Part shown: positions 14,301-31,900 of the stretch, piece after piece
Layout: each line of letters opens with the position of its first letter
Numbering within the stretch: the stretch's first letter is position 1
NCBI GenBank assembly: GCA_964035545.1
Contig: OZ037768.1
Location: 23,655,319 to 23,719,318 of the forward strand
Reading direction: 5' to 3'
Length of the DNA: 64,000 nt
DNA from: Bugula neritina
Lineage: Eukaryota; Animalia; Bryozoa
Translations under genes and position numbers: made by a program
The notes under the pieces: generated by a model
The model's input: the letters and a program-made list of their open reading frames with translations, nothing else
Told to the model about the DNA's origin: nothing
Databases searched by the model: none

Positions 14301-17300
14301 CAACATTTACAATCACATTAAATATGAACAGAAAATTTAAGATTTTGCAAAACAGACTAAATAATGCCGTAGACACCCAACATCAACTAAACAATGCGAG
14401 ACAAACAACAAGCGCACCTGTATCTTTGTGAATCCACAGGGGTGGATCCAGCCGTGCATGGGGTTGCAATCCTGACTCCAGACAGTTGAGAAATGCCAGA
14501 AGATGCCCTCCAAACGGGAAATGGAAAGCAGGGCTCTGGACACCATCTATTCCAACCAGTATCAGAGTTCCACCACATGAACCTGCGTGACAGAGTGAGT
14601 GTGGTAACCCTGTCACATCACCATACTGGTTTACAGAACCATTACCACAATAAACTAGCTAACCACATCAGTATTGCAACTGTAAGCTCTCTGCAGACAC
14701 AAACGATACTATTACCTTGGTGATGACAATGTAGGTAGACTATCTCATCCATAGTCACATTGATTGCACAGTCCCACATTAACCTGCAACATACCACACT
14801 GCTTGTAATACATATATAGTGTGGATCTCAAGCTAACAAAGCCTGTGGCCCTCAACATATCACATTGTTTGTAATACATATGTAGTGTGAATCTCAAGCT
14901 AACAAAGTAACGCAGAAAGAGGTTTACACTTCAACACACAAGATGGAGTATTATAAACTGCAAGAACCTGATTATTTCCAGTTAGACTTGATACTATGTT
15001 TCCAGTAAGTAATGGTAATTATTTTATTTAGTTTGAATGAAAGATTGGCTCAATGAGGTTCTAGAAAAGTCCTCCAGTCAAGCTAACACATGTTTCTCTA
15101 CACAACCACCAACTATACTTACGGGTGGTGTCTGTTATGAGAGCCACCGCCCCAACTATTGTCCTTACACATAACCAGAGTATCAGGAGAAGAGATAGGA
15201 CTAGTGACGGGGGTCGTAGTAGACACATTAGAGGAACTCAGACTAGAGGAACGTCTGCATGTGTTGTTGTAGAGTCTACCACTGGGATAGCTGCAACAGC
15301 AACTCAAAGTAGAAGGAGACGTAATATCAACTGGTTTATATTCCAAGTATAGAAAACTTTAGCCAGAGTTCACCTGGTCTCAGTGGTTGGAGAGGTGCAG
15401 TTAGACGACCCCTCCTCGATGTGCGTATGTAGTCTGTTGCTGTTGATCAGCTGATTGGGAGTCCATTTGAGGCTGATAGACGCTGCCGTCTGGTGAAGGG
15501 AGAGATAGCCCGGCAGCAGGTCGTCAGCGTCTCTCTGCAGGTATAAATAGTGATAATAGACTCGCTGTAACAGTGATGTCACAGTGTTTACTATTAGGTA
15601 ACTGTATGATAGCATGATATACCAATACATATATCAACATGTAAACAATATAATATGCTATATTATTAGTTTGTTTCAAAGTATAATCTATTTTATTACT
15701 ATAGAAGTATTTATTTCAAATAAAAAGACTAGAAGTATTATTTAATTAAAAGTTGTCTGCTCAGATCTTAGTACTTGGGACAACTCCGCAAATCCTATAG
15801 AATATAGGAAATACACAACATTATTGGTAGTTGTCTACTCCTGCTCTATAAACATTTAAAGTACATTATAGCCCACAGTATAAATACTACCTGTATTACA
15901 GACTTCAAGGTAATACTCACAGGTAAAACCTTCACGTTATTCTTCCCGTACAGAAGCTGCGCTTTATGATTTTGGTGTAACGACTCCACGTATTCCCGGG
16001 CGTGTATGGGGACGGATCTCGTGCTCTCGTCTGAGCTGGTACTTCCACTTCCTTTTGACCTCTAACACAATAAAGTATATTTTACATATAACAGCACACT
16101 GACTTCTAGAACTACAAAGTTAAATTATGTATACTGTTACATTGACCTCTCACATAGCAATAATGTGTAGTAACACACACAGCATGGCTACACAATACAG
16201 CTCAAGGCATATATCTAGTGGTACAATTATATTAGAGCTATTGTAATATGAAGAGAAAACTGAATTAATAAAACTGTAAATTAAAGTCTTCATTCCCATA
16301 TGAATCCCTGTTTGGGAAGTTTTCCTAAACTGAAATAAAAAGTTCTACATTTAATCAAAATATCATCCTGAACAGATATTTTAAAATAAAGCGTCCACTT
16401 TTCGATATATTTGTAGCTGCAATATAAGTCTTGTGGATTGTGCTGTATTATATCATATTGTTACTATACAAGCTTTCAGAGAACCTATAAAAAGCTTTCA
16501 GTTAAATAGCTAATGTTTTATGTACATACTAATGTCACTCTCTCTGTACTACTCAACTAGTTAACTAGTATTGCTACAGACACTACAGTGGAGATTCCTA
16601 GTCTCTCTGTACGGGTCAAGACTTGTATTTTGTGGCATTTTCGTTGATCAGAGTAAATAGAAATTCTATGAATTTATGCTCTATGTTTTGGTCGATTTCC
16701 ACATTTTGAAATGTGTTATTTTGTTGTTGTTTTTCAGTTATTTTTAATGTAACAGAGGAGTTATTTATCTTAATCCTATAGATTGTCTTCTCTTTATAAA
16801 CTTTAAATAGCAAACATGATTACTGAGGTCTCAGGTTCAGAGTTGGGAACATAACTCCAAACTTGAGACCCTAAGCTAAAATCGTCCTTCACCCACCCCC
16901 CCACGACTAGGAGCTGCTTATGGAACAAACTAACAGAAGATGTTTTATGCTGATAAAAAATATAATAGTATGTTAAACTGTGTAGTAATATAGTAATAGA
17001 TAGCTCTGAATTATATACAGAATAAAGTGGAAACTGCTTTCCTACCCCGAGTGCAAGAGCGGGACGCTTGTGTGACGAGGCAACAGAAGACTGACTAGTT
17101 AGAGAGGTGTGACTATGCAGTCTGTGTCTTAGCACCAGTTCATCAGCGTTGGGGTCGGTAAACAGATGGTCCAACGTCTTCAATCTACTGTACTCTAGGG
17201 CACACGGTCCTTCTGCAATGATAGGACTGCAGATTACCCTTCTGCAGCATTATAGCGAACTGCAGATGATTCTTCTGCTACAGTATAACTAACTGCAGAA

Positions 17301-20300
17301 AAACTACTAAATAACCAAAACAGCACAAAAAGGGACTAAAATAAGTCTACAAACAAAATCCAACATAAAAGTACAAATGAACAGATCAGAGAGGATGAGT
17401 TAACATCTTCTCCGGTCTGTTAACCTGCTGTATGAAACAGGAAGTCAAATATGCTTGTCAGACAGACAGACAGACATACATACATACATTGTCTATGCCA
17501 GAAGCTACTGTATCGTAATACAATATACGGCGTTAAATTACCCAATAGCTGTGCGAGTACACTTCCTTTGGTCTTGTCGCACATGAGCGATGTTGACTCG
17601 TAATATTTACTACAAAACAAACATCATAAGAATCAACTGAGTAAATATTGACGGCTGCAAATTAGATATAGTCCGGTAGATGAGTAAATTGTTGATATTG
17701 ATTACAGGTTTTTGAGAAAGACGACTTCAAATACGATTTATGTTCCAGCAAAAACCTTTTTCAATATAACTGAGCTGGTTATAGAATGACAAAACATTAG
17801 AATAAGGTTTGGGAGTTGCCTTATGATTAGAGCCTGTATAGTATCTAATTAAGGATGTCAGAATATGATGTGACATATCCTGTGATCTTTGGTTTTAAAC
17901 CAATTTATTGTATTCAACATTTTCGTTTGTAAAATTATTTTAAAGATGTTATAAACTTAGAATTTAACTTTAGTTCATACATAGCGTAAACATGAATACT
18001 TCATTATAGGGTAACACAATTCCTGTATATACTTGTACAAATTATAATTAAAACAGTAATCAAAATACATAATATAATATTTATTTTCATCATATTCTGT
18101 GGAAAAGGAAATTGCGAGGCATTGATTAGAAAGACATCATAGCCATGTGAACAGGGAATAGTGGGAGTAAGATCAATAAATTCTAGTGAGTGAGTTAATA
18201 TGTATCTATCTCTTATACAAACACAGCTCCGCCCACAACGACTAGGAGACATCAATGTATGGAACTGAAGTCAGTACTGATTTAACTTAAACTACCAGAG
18301 AAATTCCCAGGGGATATTTATTTCTCATTATTCTGTATTACTTTCATTTGCAGACGTGAATACAACAGATATGATCTGCAACTCATTCTAACACCCGAAT
18401 ATAAGATGTCTTGTAGGTCTGCTGTAAAAGCCGCTGCTGATTACACTTTACAAGTAAAACTGCAGACAGACTATGACTGGATGATCAAAACGCATGACCT
18501 TTGCTATTTATGCTCCTAAATGATTCAAGTTTAGAACATACATATTTTATTGATTGAATAACTTTTAGCTAAATGCCCTTGACCTTCTAGTCGTCTGCTA
18601 CAGAGCATCTGACTCACCTGCTATGAACTACCAAGTAGGATACAATCTTAGCTAGCACCTTCTGGAATAATGCAACTCTAATCCACAGACACTTGAAAGT
18701 ACCATTCGGCTGATGGGTGGGGGAAGACTTGCCCCCGTCAAGTGTTAAATTCTTTAAAGAGAACCTAGTGGATATATAATAACTATTAGTTCTACAGAAA
18801 GAAGATAACTCCTACTAGAACCATAAACGCACTATTTATACCCAGTATTGTAGAGTTGGAGTAACAATATCAAGTAATAACTTGATTTATACTACTTGAG
18901 ATTGATAAATTACTAAACTATCATACTATTGGTAGAATATTGCTCCATAAGCCTATGAGATTTCACGTCCTAATTAGCTGTGAATCACTGATAAGAAAAG
19001 ATACACATGAATAACTTAGAAATAACACCTTTGAAGTAGTCTTATATGTAACACTACTTTGAAATCAGATGACTGAGAGAAATACTATGATATAGGAGAC
19101 GCGCAGACAAAAGCTAGGCTGATATGTCACTTAAATTATTACATGGAAAAATGTGTGAGATGTAGATAAAAGAGTACAACAAAATACAAGTAACTAGTTT
19201 CCACACCACTTTGAGTGGCAGATTTAAATATTAGATGTGCTTTATTATTATATTTAATATGATATAAACTGAAAGAGATATGTGTTTTCTGTAATAGCAG
19301 CACACACAATAATATAAGCATATAACGCGCATATACAAATAATAGCAGTACACACGGTAATATATGATACGCAGCTAACAGCGTGTGAGAGAGATTCTAC
19401 AAGGATAAGATGATGACACGCTCGTATCGAGTAAATCAATACCTCGTCAGATGATCCGTGTGGCTTTCCATCTCGGAGACGACCTTTGAAGTGTCCTTAG
19501 CAACATCCAGGTACTTTGCTACTTTGTGTATGAGAGCAGTGGTAGACGATGTGTGAGAGAATAAGCCTAAGGACTGCTTCTTCAACTTGTATTGGAGACA
19601 CGCCTCTATCGAGCCTGTAATAGTAGTTGAGAACTAAGTCTACACTCTGTACCAACAGATACGATCAATACAGGAAAAAGAGTGAGACTTGAGGAGTTAT
19701 TTTCTCTTTCAATAAGATAGACTGAGTGTAAGCAAATATTGCAGAAGTTAGAAGGGTTGAACGCAGAGCTCTCCCACATGAAAATTAACTTGAACTATGA
19801 GATCTCAAGCTACAAACTTGAAAGAGATCATGGTGGAGGTTATGGTTTTATGGAATGACAAATTCTCCTTACTCATTTGAGTAGAAATAATTAAATTTGT
19901 GTTACTTTATAACACTATAGTATATTTATATATATAATTGTTTGGTAACAAGTTACTTATTATAGAAAGACCATCTCAACGTTGACCTTGACTTATTGAC
20001 ACCGAGTCAACCAGCATGTAAAGTCACATGACACAATTAGCTAATGAGGCGGTATATTGGCTGTGGACTGAATGGATCAATAACCATCTTCAGAGGATAA
20101 TTCAGAGACGCCAGTGACATGTATAGCAACTACAGAGTCATACAGAGTCACTAATCAACTGTATCATGACTAGCTCATGTGTCTCAACAGTAACTTCTAG
20201 GTTAACATGTGTTTGGTTGTAATTGGCTCCCTTGTATGTCATTCCTTGCTTTATTAATAGCTTTACATCAGAAAAAAACTAGTGTCTGGACTGCAAATTT

Positions 20301-23300
20301 CCTTATGTTACTGTAAAACTATATTACTGTATTATGATATTACTGTATTATTATATTATATTACTCATTCGCCCAAAGCTCTCAGCGGAGAAAAATTCAA
20401 CACCTTAAATCAGATTATTAAATAAATTACACGTACCGGAAGTGAGGAATTATCTTCTCACACATCAACCATTTTTCAATATTTCAACATGAACCACAAG
20501 CTAATGTCAACAGTTCAACTTAAAGCATTTTTGAATATTCGCACAATCTACAACCTGCTGTTCTTTCAAATTAACTAACTGAAAGTTACGAGTTACTTTT
20601 GACAGTAACTCGTGACTAAAATTTATGCAGGGGAGACAATAGATGATAAAATTACCGCAAAGCATAGTCACAATGCTGCTGTCTTCATTTATACATTTCT
20701 TAGTCGCTGCCTCTTCCATTATCATCTTCACCTGCAGTGACCAAGTGTATAGTATGATTAGGTGACACATTTGATAACTAGTATATTAATAATATACAGC
20801 AAGAACTGGAGAGTAGAACCAACAAACCTGGCGTTTAGCTGCAAACAGCAAATTGTCAATCGTCTCCCCATCAGTCTCCTCTAAAACAATATAAACATAT
20901 AATACAATCATCATATACAATAATAACACAATGATAATTACATGTTGATAAATTTTATGATAATGAAATAAACATTAACAGCTAACAATAAAGTAATACT
21001 TCTGGTAACAAAAACAATGATAATATAATTAATAATATTAATTGTATGTAACATCAGTGTGTATTCAACACACAATACTGTTAATAGTATTAGTTGGAAT
21101 ACACTTTTCCACGAATTGAAGAGTTAGCCTACATCTAAAAATAGCTACAATATGGTGACATATTGCAATTTACATAACTTTCACAGCATCACAGTCCAGG
21201 CAACTTATTTATAATTCACTGGTTTATACTCTGTAATGAATCATTTATTTTCCATTTTCACTTAAGATTTGTCCAACCATCACATGTTTGAGATACCAAA
21301 TTCGAAATTACCCAATAACCATACATTTAACATCTCAATTTAAAGCTTATCCTACAGCTACCATTCTAACTATTCGAAAATATACTGAAACACACGAACA
21401 CACATTAAAGAACATGTCGGGCAATAGTTAGAAAAACCTGTTTAATTAGTAATTCTCAAAAGCTGGATAAAAAACACTAGCAGCTATTTTATGGTTTACA
21501 GCATGTTTTAAACCTGTACCCATAGCAACCCTTTCTTTCAGTGAATGTGAGGAACAAACAAGCAGTGATTCTAATAAATGTGCTGCAGTAGTTGTACAAC
21601 ATTCCCAGAAATTTCATTCCTTCCCGTCTCCTGGGAGATGATGTATAAAATTAAACAAATGACATTTACAACAACTGACGAGTCACGGCTATTAATATAA
21701 CCCTCAGCTGTAAGCTTTCACTTGCCACATCAACACAAATAATGAAAATATTAATAAAGCACAGAATTTATAAGTGAATTGGTTTCCCACCAATCAAATG
21801 CAGGCTAACATAACTTGCGCTACTAGACTACTCTTACTATTAGTTTAATATGTATTAGCATATAATGTGGCTACAGGCCCTGGAGTAGAGTAGAACTTAA
21901 TTATAGTTACAGCACCAACCATGATAACTGCAGAAAGAAATTGACTGGGAGTTAAATGTGACCTTACTAAAGTTGGGACTACTATTACCCACTTAGTTGT
22001 TATAATAAAATATTTTCTCTGTTGTACAACATTCGCCAGCCAGTAGTTGGTTACACAAAGAGACAGTATAACTTTTCAACTATTCAATTGGTCAAAGTAT
22101 AAATACTATCTACAAAGTCTAGAATTTGTATTTTTATCCCAAAACCATAAAAAATTCACACAAAAATTAAGGAAACAAAATGATTAACTTGCAAAGCAGT
22201 TATAGCAAGTCAAACTAAATTAGTTGGCAGCTGCAATAAATGAACAAATTGGAAGCCTTAATTTTAAATACACAAAATTCAGCATAATATAAAATCAGAT
22301 AAAAAGATAATTTGCTATTTGCTACTAACTACACAGCTTTATTACAGTCTCTCTGATAACATTAAGCTAATTGTCTAATTGCTAACAGTCTTGTTATTAT
22401 CCAATAGTTCAAACTTAATTTTGATTAGAGCAAGATTATTCACCCTCGCTATGAATTCTAAACATATGTTGGCTGATTTTAAATTTTTAAACTCCAAGTA
22501 GCCTGTAATTTCAAACATTCAATTGAACATTTTTGTCAAGCCAATAATTGTAGCAAGCCACTGTGTCAAAAGTTTTTTTGCCCACAGGATACTATTGTGT
22601 GGTACTTGAACTAAAGTTAGTTGAGCCCAAGTGAACTTCTCATTATTTTCTAATATCTCGCTTTTGAGTAGAGTAAATCAAACTTCCAGGATTGCTATCA
22701 TAAATGCTAATACCAGTAAATGAAGTACCAGTGATTCACCAATACTCATATTCAGTTTGATAAGTACATAATGTATGCCTGCCATACAACTATAAACTAG
22801 TATAACTAACATATTCTGAAATAGCCATATGGTGTGGCCATCAAACAGAGCATTGCTTATTACATTCACAATTAATATCAATAATAATTCTAATAAAAGA
22901 TATAAAACAACGCCAAGTGTATTATAATTTATATGCATCAATAATTCATAAATACTAATGGCAGATGTAACTTACAAAAGTTGTAAGTAAATATCAATTC
23001 ACAGACTGCTTAAAGATAAAGTTGACTGCGTATAGTGATACAAGAAAAAGTGGGTTAAAGAACTACTATACACTTGTAGTTATACTGAATAACCAATGGC
23101 GAAAAATAAATTTAATAGTATACTAACACATCTAGTTACTAACTACTAAAAGGGGTACTACCTGGCATACTAAAACTGTAAAACTAATAAACTCACAGCT
23201 TAATAATAAAAACAATTAAAAGAATTCATGCTAAAACTAAAAATTAATGTTTATTAGCAATTTAATTTAATACAATATTATTAAACTAATAATATCAATA

Positions 23301-24198
23301 CTTATACTAACTATAATGATAAGGTAATGAGTATTGTATATGCATAAACACAAGCCTAGCACAAAATAAAAATAACTAGATTTATGAACAAATACTCATA
23401 AAATTAAATTATGATCACTAGATATTTACTTACTAACTTATTCACTTACACATCACAAAGCACATGAATGAACTATGAGTGATTATAAGCCCCAAGTCAA
23501 GGCAGTAATTTAAAAACACTAAATTAGTTAAACACTACAATTATTTATTTAACTTCTTCAATATTGAGTCATATTAATTCTAAAACAAGAGTATTTGAAA
23601 ATATGGCACTAGAACTGACAACTGTAAACCAGCAAGTGTAAGGAAATCACTTCGACCATTGCTTAATGTCTAGTTGACATTAGTGACTAGCTCTAGGTGT
23701 ATTGCATAACTATAAAAAGTCACTAAAACTAAAAGTAAATCATTCTGATTAGGTAAGTGCTAAACTAAAACTTGCTGTAACTCAACTACTTTTCACATAA
23801 GCTACTACGTTAGGTTATGCCATGGTCTAGACTAAAAAATAAATGAAAACCTGTAAAACTTAATATGATAAAAACCTACAATTATTATTATTATTATTAA
23901 CACTTACACCTAGTCTTACAGTTACTGGTCAATGTTAAACTTAATAATAATTATACTCCTAGTCCTACATTAAGTTCAAGTTGAACTTCAAGTTCAACAA
24001 CTGTCACACTTTGACTTACAGTTTGAGTTACTCAGTAACACAGTAACTCACTGCTTTAGACTTGCTCTCAGTGTAAAAGTTAGACTTGAAAATAAAACTT
24101 CAACTTGTTCAAATTAGGTTTTGGGGCTTTGCTATCAATTATTTTCAAGTTTTACTAAATTTACCTTGAACGTGTGCTTGACGTTTAAACATCCTCAT
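5344..24198 (-). CDS. SGSM1: Small G protein signaling modulator 1/2 (RUN + TBC domain RabGAP), ~24 coding exons
   Basis: Exons include 20656-20731 ([12 protein letters not shown]), 18618-18764 ([11 protein letters not shown]), 17046-17212 (GPCALEY..DPNADEL), 15921-16061 ([19 protein letters not shown]), 15374-15534 ([15 protein letters not shown]), 7224-7383 ([21 protein letters not shown], Arg and Gln fingers), 6302-6398 ([13 protein letters not shown]), 5344-5432 (LQTLIENK*). The first exon (24165-24198) is inferred from phase only. Likely co-ortholog of SGSM1 and SGSM2. Confidence 0.93.
5493..5765. repeat. 14-bp minisatellite (TATATACAGTAAGT) filling the last SGSM intron
   Basis: About 19 tandem copies. 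Confidence 0.9.
6420..6918. repeat. 20-bp minisatellite (TAACTACTGTATAACTATAC)
   Basis: About 25 copies occupying nearly all of SGSM intron 6399-6926. Confidence 0.92.
9038..9880. repeat. 16-bp purine-rich minisatellite (GAATAGTGAAGGAGTG)
   Basis: About 50 copies with a recurring variant block, inside SGSM intron 8170-10488. Confidence 0.92.
11525..11920. repeat. 21-bp minisatellite (GAGTAGAGAGTGAGACTGAGT)
   Basis: About 18 copies filling SGSM intron 11502-11961. Confidence 0.9.
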
Positions 24199-24997
24199 CT
24201 TAATGAATTTTCATGACAACTATTGACAAGAAACATTGACTTAGAGGCAGTGTAGCCATATGGTGAATATTGCAACTCCATAATTCTTGTTCAGAAAATC
24301 GATTTAATAATCTAGCATGAGAATATGATTGCGTTTTTGTACTGCATCGATGAAGCTCATCAATAATTGGTTAATTGACAACGATATGAATTTTGATTGG
24401 TCCTCAGCCGTAACAAAGTGTGGACGAATGTTCAAAAACTTGGGTTATAGCTTGTAAATGTGGGCGGAACCAATACCGAATAGTTATACTTTTGCAACCA
24501 ACTCATTAGAGTGACAACTTCAAAACATTTCTATAGCTTTCCTTCAGATCACAATTGTTAGGTAAACTCGACAGGTGATTTCTGAAAACATGGCTATTTT
24601 TTATACAACCATGCTATGTAAGAGCTATATAGGTATACTGCTGTGGCTTTTGTCATATGTGAAAGTTTCCAGCTCAAAATAATTTAGCAAAGCATCAGCA
24701 TTGTAGTTATGAATGTTTATAAGCATTTTATTTCTTAAGTTATCTTTACACACTTGGTGCAGTTTGATTATTCTTGCTGTTTATTCTGAAGAAAATAATT
24801 TACAAATAATTGGAATGCAGATAGGAATAAAACACAGAAAGTTTATTATTTTAACAAAAGCATATCAGATGGTTACTCTGTACATAACTTGTTGGAATAG
24901 AAGTACAATATGAAGATAGGGCTCATCAGCTATAAACAAATATATTATCTAGACTACTAGTACAATACACACACAGGACACATGAGCTTTCAGCCAA

Positions 24998-26603
<1,606 letters not shown>

Positions 26604-28903
26604 TTTAGTGTAAAGTTTTATGTTGGCTAACAGCTAGACCTGTGTAGAAGTAGCACTTTGCCCTGAATCTACAATCAACACAAGATCAATACATAGCATG
26701 AAGCTAGCTACTCGAATATTATAATGACTGCTATTTATTCTCAACCATGTTATGTATCTTTGGTTATAGAGAAAATACAAATCTTGATTAGCAAATATAA
26801 AAACGATGCCCATATTTTATTACACAGTGATCCTTGCATAGCGAAAAATCAGTGTTTCTGTTTCATACTGATTCTCATGCAGAATACAGGGATATTTTTA
26901 AAATTTAGATCATTACTCGCTTCATATATTGCGATTATTATATTTAATAACAACAGCATGCTATAATCAAACTAATAAAATTATACGCATTATTCAAATA
27001 AATACTAATATTAACAGGAGAATCCATAAAATTTGAAATTGGTTTCATTTTTTAATAAAATAAATAATATTAGGATATTTAAAAAATAAAACACACACAT
27101 ACTAACAAAAGGCACTGCTGAATTAAATACAGAAGGTTAGTCATTACCAATAATCATAATGACAATTAATATAAATATTTTTCTTAGTGACAGTGTGATT
27201 GTGATTGATATTTATAGTCTCAGTGAGCTAAAATACCATGAAGAAGGTAAACATAACGTATAAATATAAGTATAAGATTAAGTATAACAATAACCACATT
27301 GATATCGATATTAAATTTAAAATTAATGTTAAGCTCATTGAAAAGGCAAGTACTTGTAAGTCAGTTTCAGTTTAAAATAACTAAAGACAGAGTCGATTGA
27401 AGTCATTGTGATTGACAATAAAATAAATATTAAATTTAATTTTAGTATTTCAATTTATAAAGTTCAACTTTTCAAGATAGAAGTTTAAGTTCTACTACTG
27501 ATTTTAACTTAAAGTGCAACAGCTACAACTGCTTACTGCACAAGACCAAGTGTTGGTGAAGTTGAACTTGAACCAGAACTTGAAGACAGACTAAATGTAA
27601 GACTGAGTGACACACTCATACTGTGACTGACATTGACAGTCACAGAGGCACTGACCGAGAAAATGAAAATCAAAATGGGTTGCTGTTAGATTTAGTCATT
27701 TAGTTTTACTTTTAAATTGATTTCAAGACGAAGATATACTTATAGCAGACAAGATAAAACGCATACTTCTTAATATTCTACAAATAAATGGTTAGCTGAA
27801 AAAAACATCATAATCAAAACCTAGTTATTACTTTAAGTCAACAATTAATTAATAATAATCATAATAATATTATTATCATAATGGTTATCATAATGAATAT
27901 TTTTACGTGTACCGAGCATAGTTTTTCTACCGGAAATGACAATACGCTTATGTTTCGCACTATTCGCACGCCTTCATAGCGGATCACATACTAAGCATTC
28001 CAATGTTTGTAAACACAAGGTCATGTGACAGTAATCACACCATTCCGTATTCTAGATGAACGTTGCCAGCATGGGACTCACAGTCAGTCGTTATCATTAC
28101 GTTAGGTAGCAGCTAACATAGCAAAACTACTTGGGTTTTTCTCCATTCGAATATATTCACTAGTCACTGGTTAGTTTTGGTTTTTACAATATACGTGAAA
28201 TTTTTTAGGTTTATTTGTAAACTAAGCTTCGGAATTAGAAACTGTAACAACTAAGAGTAAGACGTTAAAACTACGTCAACTTTGTGAAATACTTATAACT
28301 TATAAGTTATACAGTTTGTTTTCAGCAAGTTGAATTATTAATATAAATATTTGTATAATACATATCAATATTGATATTTTAATTGGCATTGCTTATTTTT
28401 ATAGTCATAGTAATGGTTACGGCTGTGGTTGCTTCTCTACTACATTTATTATTACTTTCCGTGTGACTGCTATTTGTTGATGACTTGGTTACTCATTTTG
28501 ACTCAAGTACTTTGATGGTTAGACTAAGTTCAAGTTTTCACAATTGAATTTTTAGTAAACTCAACTTTAAGTTAAAAATTTAGTATTCTAAGTTATTTAT
28601 ATGCTCTTCTAGTATGGTCTACTATTTATTTATATTTATTAATATTTGTCAGTTAGTTGGGTTTATTTTTAAAAAAATATGTTCATGATTTAAAAATATG
28701 TAATCACAGTTAATAGGTTATGCTTTTAACTATTATTTGTAAATTATGAAAATCAATTTATTGACAAAACTGAAGAGTACTTTTTTATTTGATATTACAC
28801 CGAGCTATCAGCATTAACAGCTTTGTTCTTTGGTCTCATAAAAGTTTAATCATTTATCAAGATATTTCAAATTTGCAGTTACACTTTTAATGTTGCACAG
28901 GTT

Positions 28904-31900
28904 ATGGAAAGCAGTTATTATCGTACAATCAAAGACATGGAAGAATATGTTTCAGTAGTGGATGTGTATGATTCAGCAGCCTTGATAGGAAAAGATTTTG
29001 AATACTTGATTGAGCAGTACGGCGTTGAGGCCGTTACTGATCTCATGCCCAAGGTCATCAAGGTTCTAGAACAACTGGAGTTTCTAGCTGCTAAAAGTGA
29101 GAAAGAAAATGATGAACTGCTGGAGTTAGAGTCTACGATTAAACGATTACAGAGTGAAAAGGAAGAGAGGGCTAAAGAGAAGGCACGTTATGAGCAGGTA
29201 AAGTTTCTTCTGATATGCGTGTAGGCTATGCTGATGTGTAGGCTATGCTGACCTGAAGAAGTTAGCTGTATGTAAATTTAATATGTGAAGTTACATTGAG
29301 GCACTTACATTGCAACGTTGTGCTAAAGATGTTTTTAGACAGAAGCTTTTGTGACTTTTATTATCCAATATTTACAAACTAAATTTTTGTACCATGAATA
29401 TGATTGTAAGATCATAGATTCAAACATATACTATTTGTAATTTTAATATTTACTAGATATTTAAATGAATCAATTAGCTGATTATTATAGAATATAGATG
29501 TTTGAACAGTAAATTAGTTTCACTAGTTTTTAATTTTCAACTGGGAGATCTTTTTTTGACTTTATAAAAAAATAAGTGAAAAAGCATTACAATGACTTGT
29601 TTTTATGATAGAAAATGTTAATATATTATTCACTATAAGGAGGAAGATTTGTCTACTGTAGGAATTGGAACAGATAGAAGAATCTTATCGCAACGAAACC
29701 AAAGATTTGTGTCAAATGGTGTCCAACTTGCAAGATCAGAACCGGAAGTTAAAGTCAAGGTTACACCAGAACACAAGCGGACAGGAAGCTGCTGATGAAA
29801 GTACGTATTGAGGTCACATCTCATTGACATTACAGTTCGGCATTAAGTTGAACTTATTGCTCACTTGTCACAGTACATTACCATGTCACATGTTTGACTG
29901 GATTTAATAAGTGTCCTTAATAGAACAGTGAGAGCAATGAAAGAGTTGTAAAGCCAATAATGAAATGTTTTATTGTGTATACCTACAGAATGCAGTAGCT
30001 TTTGATCAGGTTATTGATTTATAGTCAAGTTTTATTTGGTTTGAAGGTTTATGTTTACTTGATTAACTATTTTGCTACTCATGCAGAAAGGAAAGCTTTT
30101 GGTTACTTGACCAGTTTAGCCTTGCTTCCTGCCTTGTACCATGACCTTTGAGGGATTCAATTCTGTACTAATGTAGCATAACTAACTTAAGTTAGAAATC
30201 AGTGTAACCCAATCTAGTTACTACCCTCACTGCTCAGTACCTCACCACTCAGTACCTCACTACTCAGTATATTTCTCTCTGCTCAAGCTAGGTGCATGAT
30301 TACAGATTTACAAATAGCCCTAGTTCTAAAGAATAATTATTGCACCAACAGGTGTCTGAAGCTGAAAAAATAAAGTCTGAAGCTTTAATCCTATAATTAA
30401 TTGTTCTCAGCGTTACTTTCAGGGTAGTAATATTTTCTCTTATCTTGTTAAATAATGGTTGAATAAAGACTGTTATCAATGTGCTGTGTTGCTCTCCTTC
30501 TCCATCCATAATCATTAGTAACCTCTGCTACACATATAATTGCAGCATATAATCTTTATAATTGCCCTGATTATTCTGTAATGGAGAGGTGGTGTCTTTG
30601 ATTGAGGCTAATTATCCCCAACTTTCTCAGTTCTGAAGTACTCAGTCACCTCTGATGTATCACTGGCTTGCTCTCTCTCATTCATCAATTCAAACAAGGC
30701 CATAGAACACTGGGCTCACTAGGGTGGTCAACTCATGAGTCATTGTCACCAGTTTTTAAGGTGCCATGTTTATGGCTACATGCCACATCTAGAAAAGGAA
30801 GTGTTTGATTATGGAAAGAAATTTGGTGTATATATTCTGTAGGGCACGAATACATGTTTTAACCAGGCATTGCCTCTATTCTCAAAAATATTCGATTCCA
30901 AAAAATTTAGAAATTTAGATTTTTGCTTAGCTCGGGTTTATAACTTTTGGTTTGATGTTTAATCTATTTTGCAACAAAGAACCAATTTCTCATGCCACAA
31001 CCTAGCACCTTCTTCTTGTTTTACTGCAGTTTATATAATTTTATGACCACAATTGTAGTATTAGTGGCTAGTAGTTGTTAGTTAATAGTTAGTAACTAGT
31101 AGTTAATAGTTATTAGTTTGTAGTTAGCAGTTAGTAGTCAATACTTAGTAATTAGTAGCTAATAGCTAGTACTTAGTACTTAGTATAGTACAGTTTTGTC
31201 GTCTGCTGCTACATGAGCTCTAATTGAATCTGTAGAGACACAAGAAGACTTACAAGTTATACAGACACTGAAAGAGACAGTGACCAAGCAGAGAGGTCAA
31301 ATCAAGGGTCTGCAGACGGAAATCAAGCAGAAAGATAATGAAGTGGATTCAGTAAGTAAACAAGTGTAACTCCTTTAGTATTGAGAGAGTTTCATATATT
31401 TATATTGAAAGTTTAAATTGTTTTATAGAAGTTGTCTGCTTGACATGCACTAGTTCAATGTGTTGATGGTATAATTTTACATGTAATTATTGTGTAAACA
31501 CCTTGTGAGCCATGTTTACTATCATATGTGTATAAAGCATTTCTATGGCAGCTATTCTATTGGCAGCACTGAGATGAGAATTAATATGTAAATATGTAAG
31601 ATAGTATATCTGTAGGGAATAGTTAACTAAACTATACTATCTCATCTTACAGTAGCTGACTTCACACAATCAATAAGTAGACATGAGTTAATAGAGTTAG
31701 TAATACAGCATCTCCAGCCAATCAATTCCCCATCCAATAAACACCCAGTATTAACACAGCATAGGGAAGTGGCAATGCTGCCTTAGTCTAAATTGCATTT
31801 CAGCATCTGTTAGTAAACTAAATATATGATTTATTCTGGACTTTATGTTTTTTTTTCACTAACATTTTTGTTTTTGTCATTAAGCTGTTGTTTTAGCCTG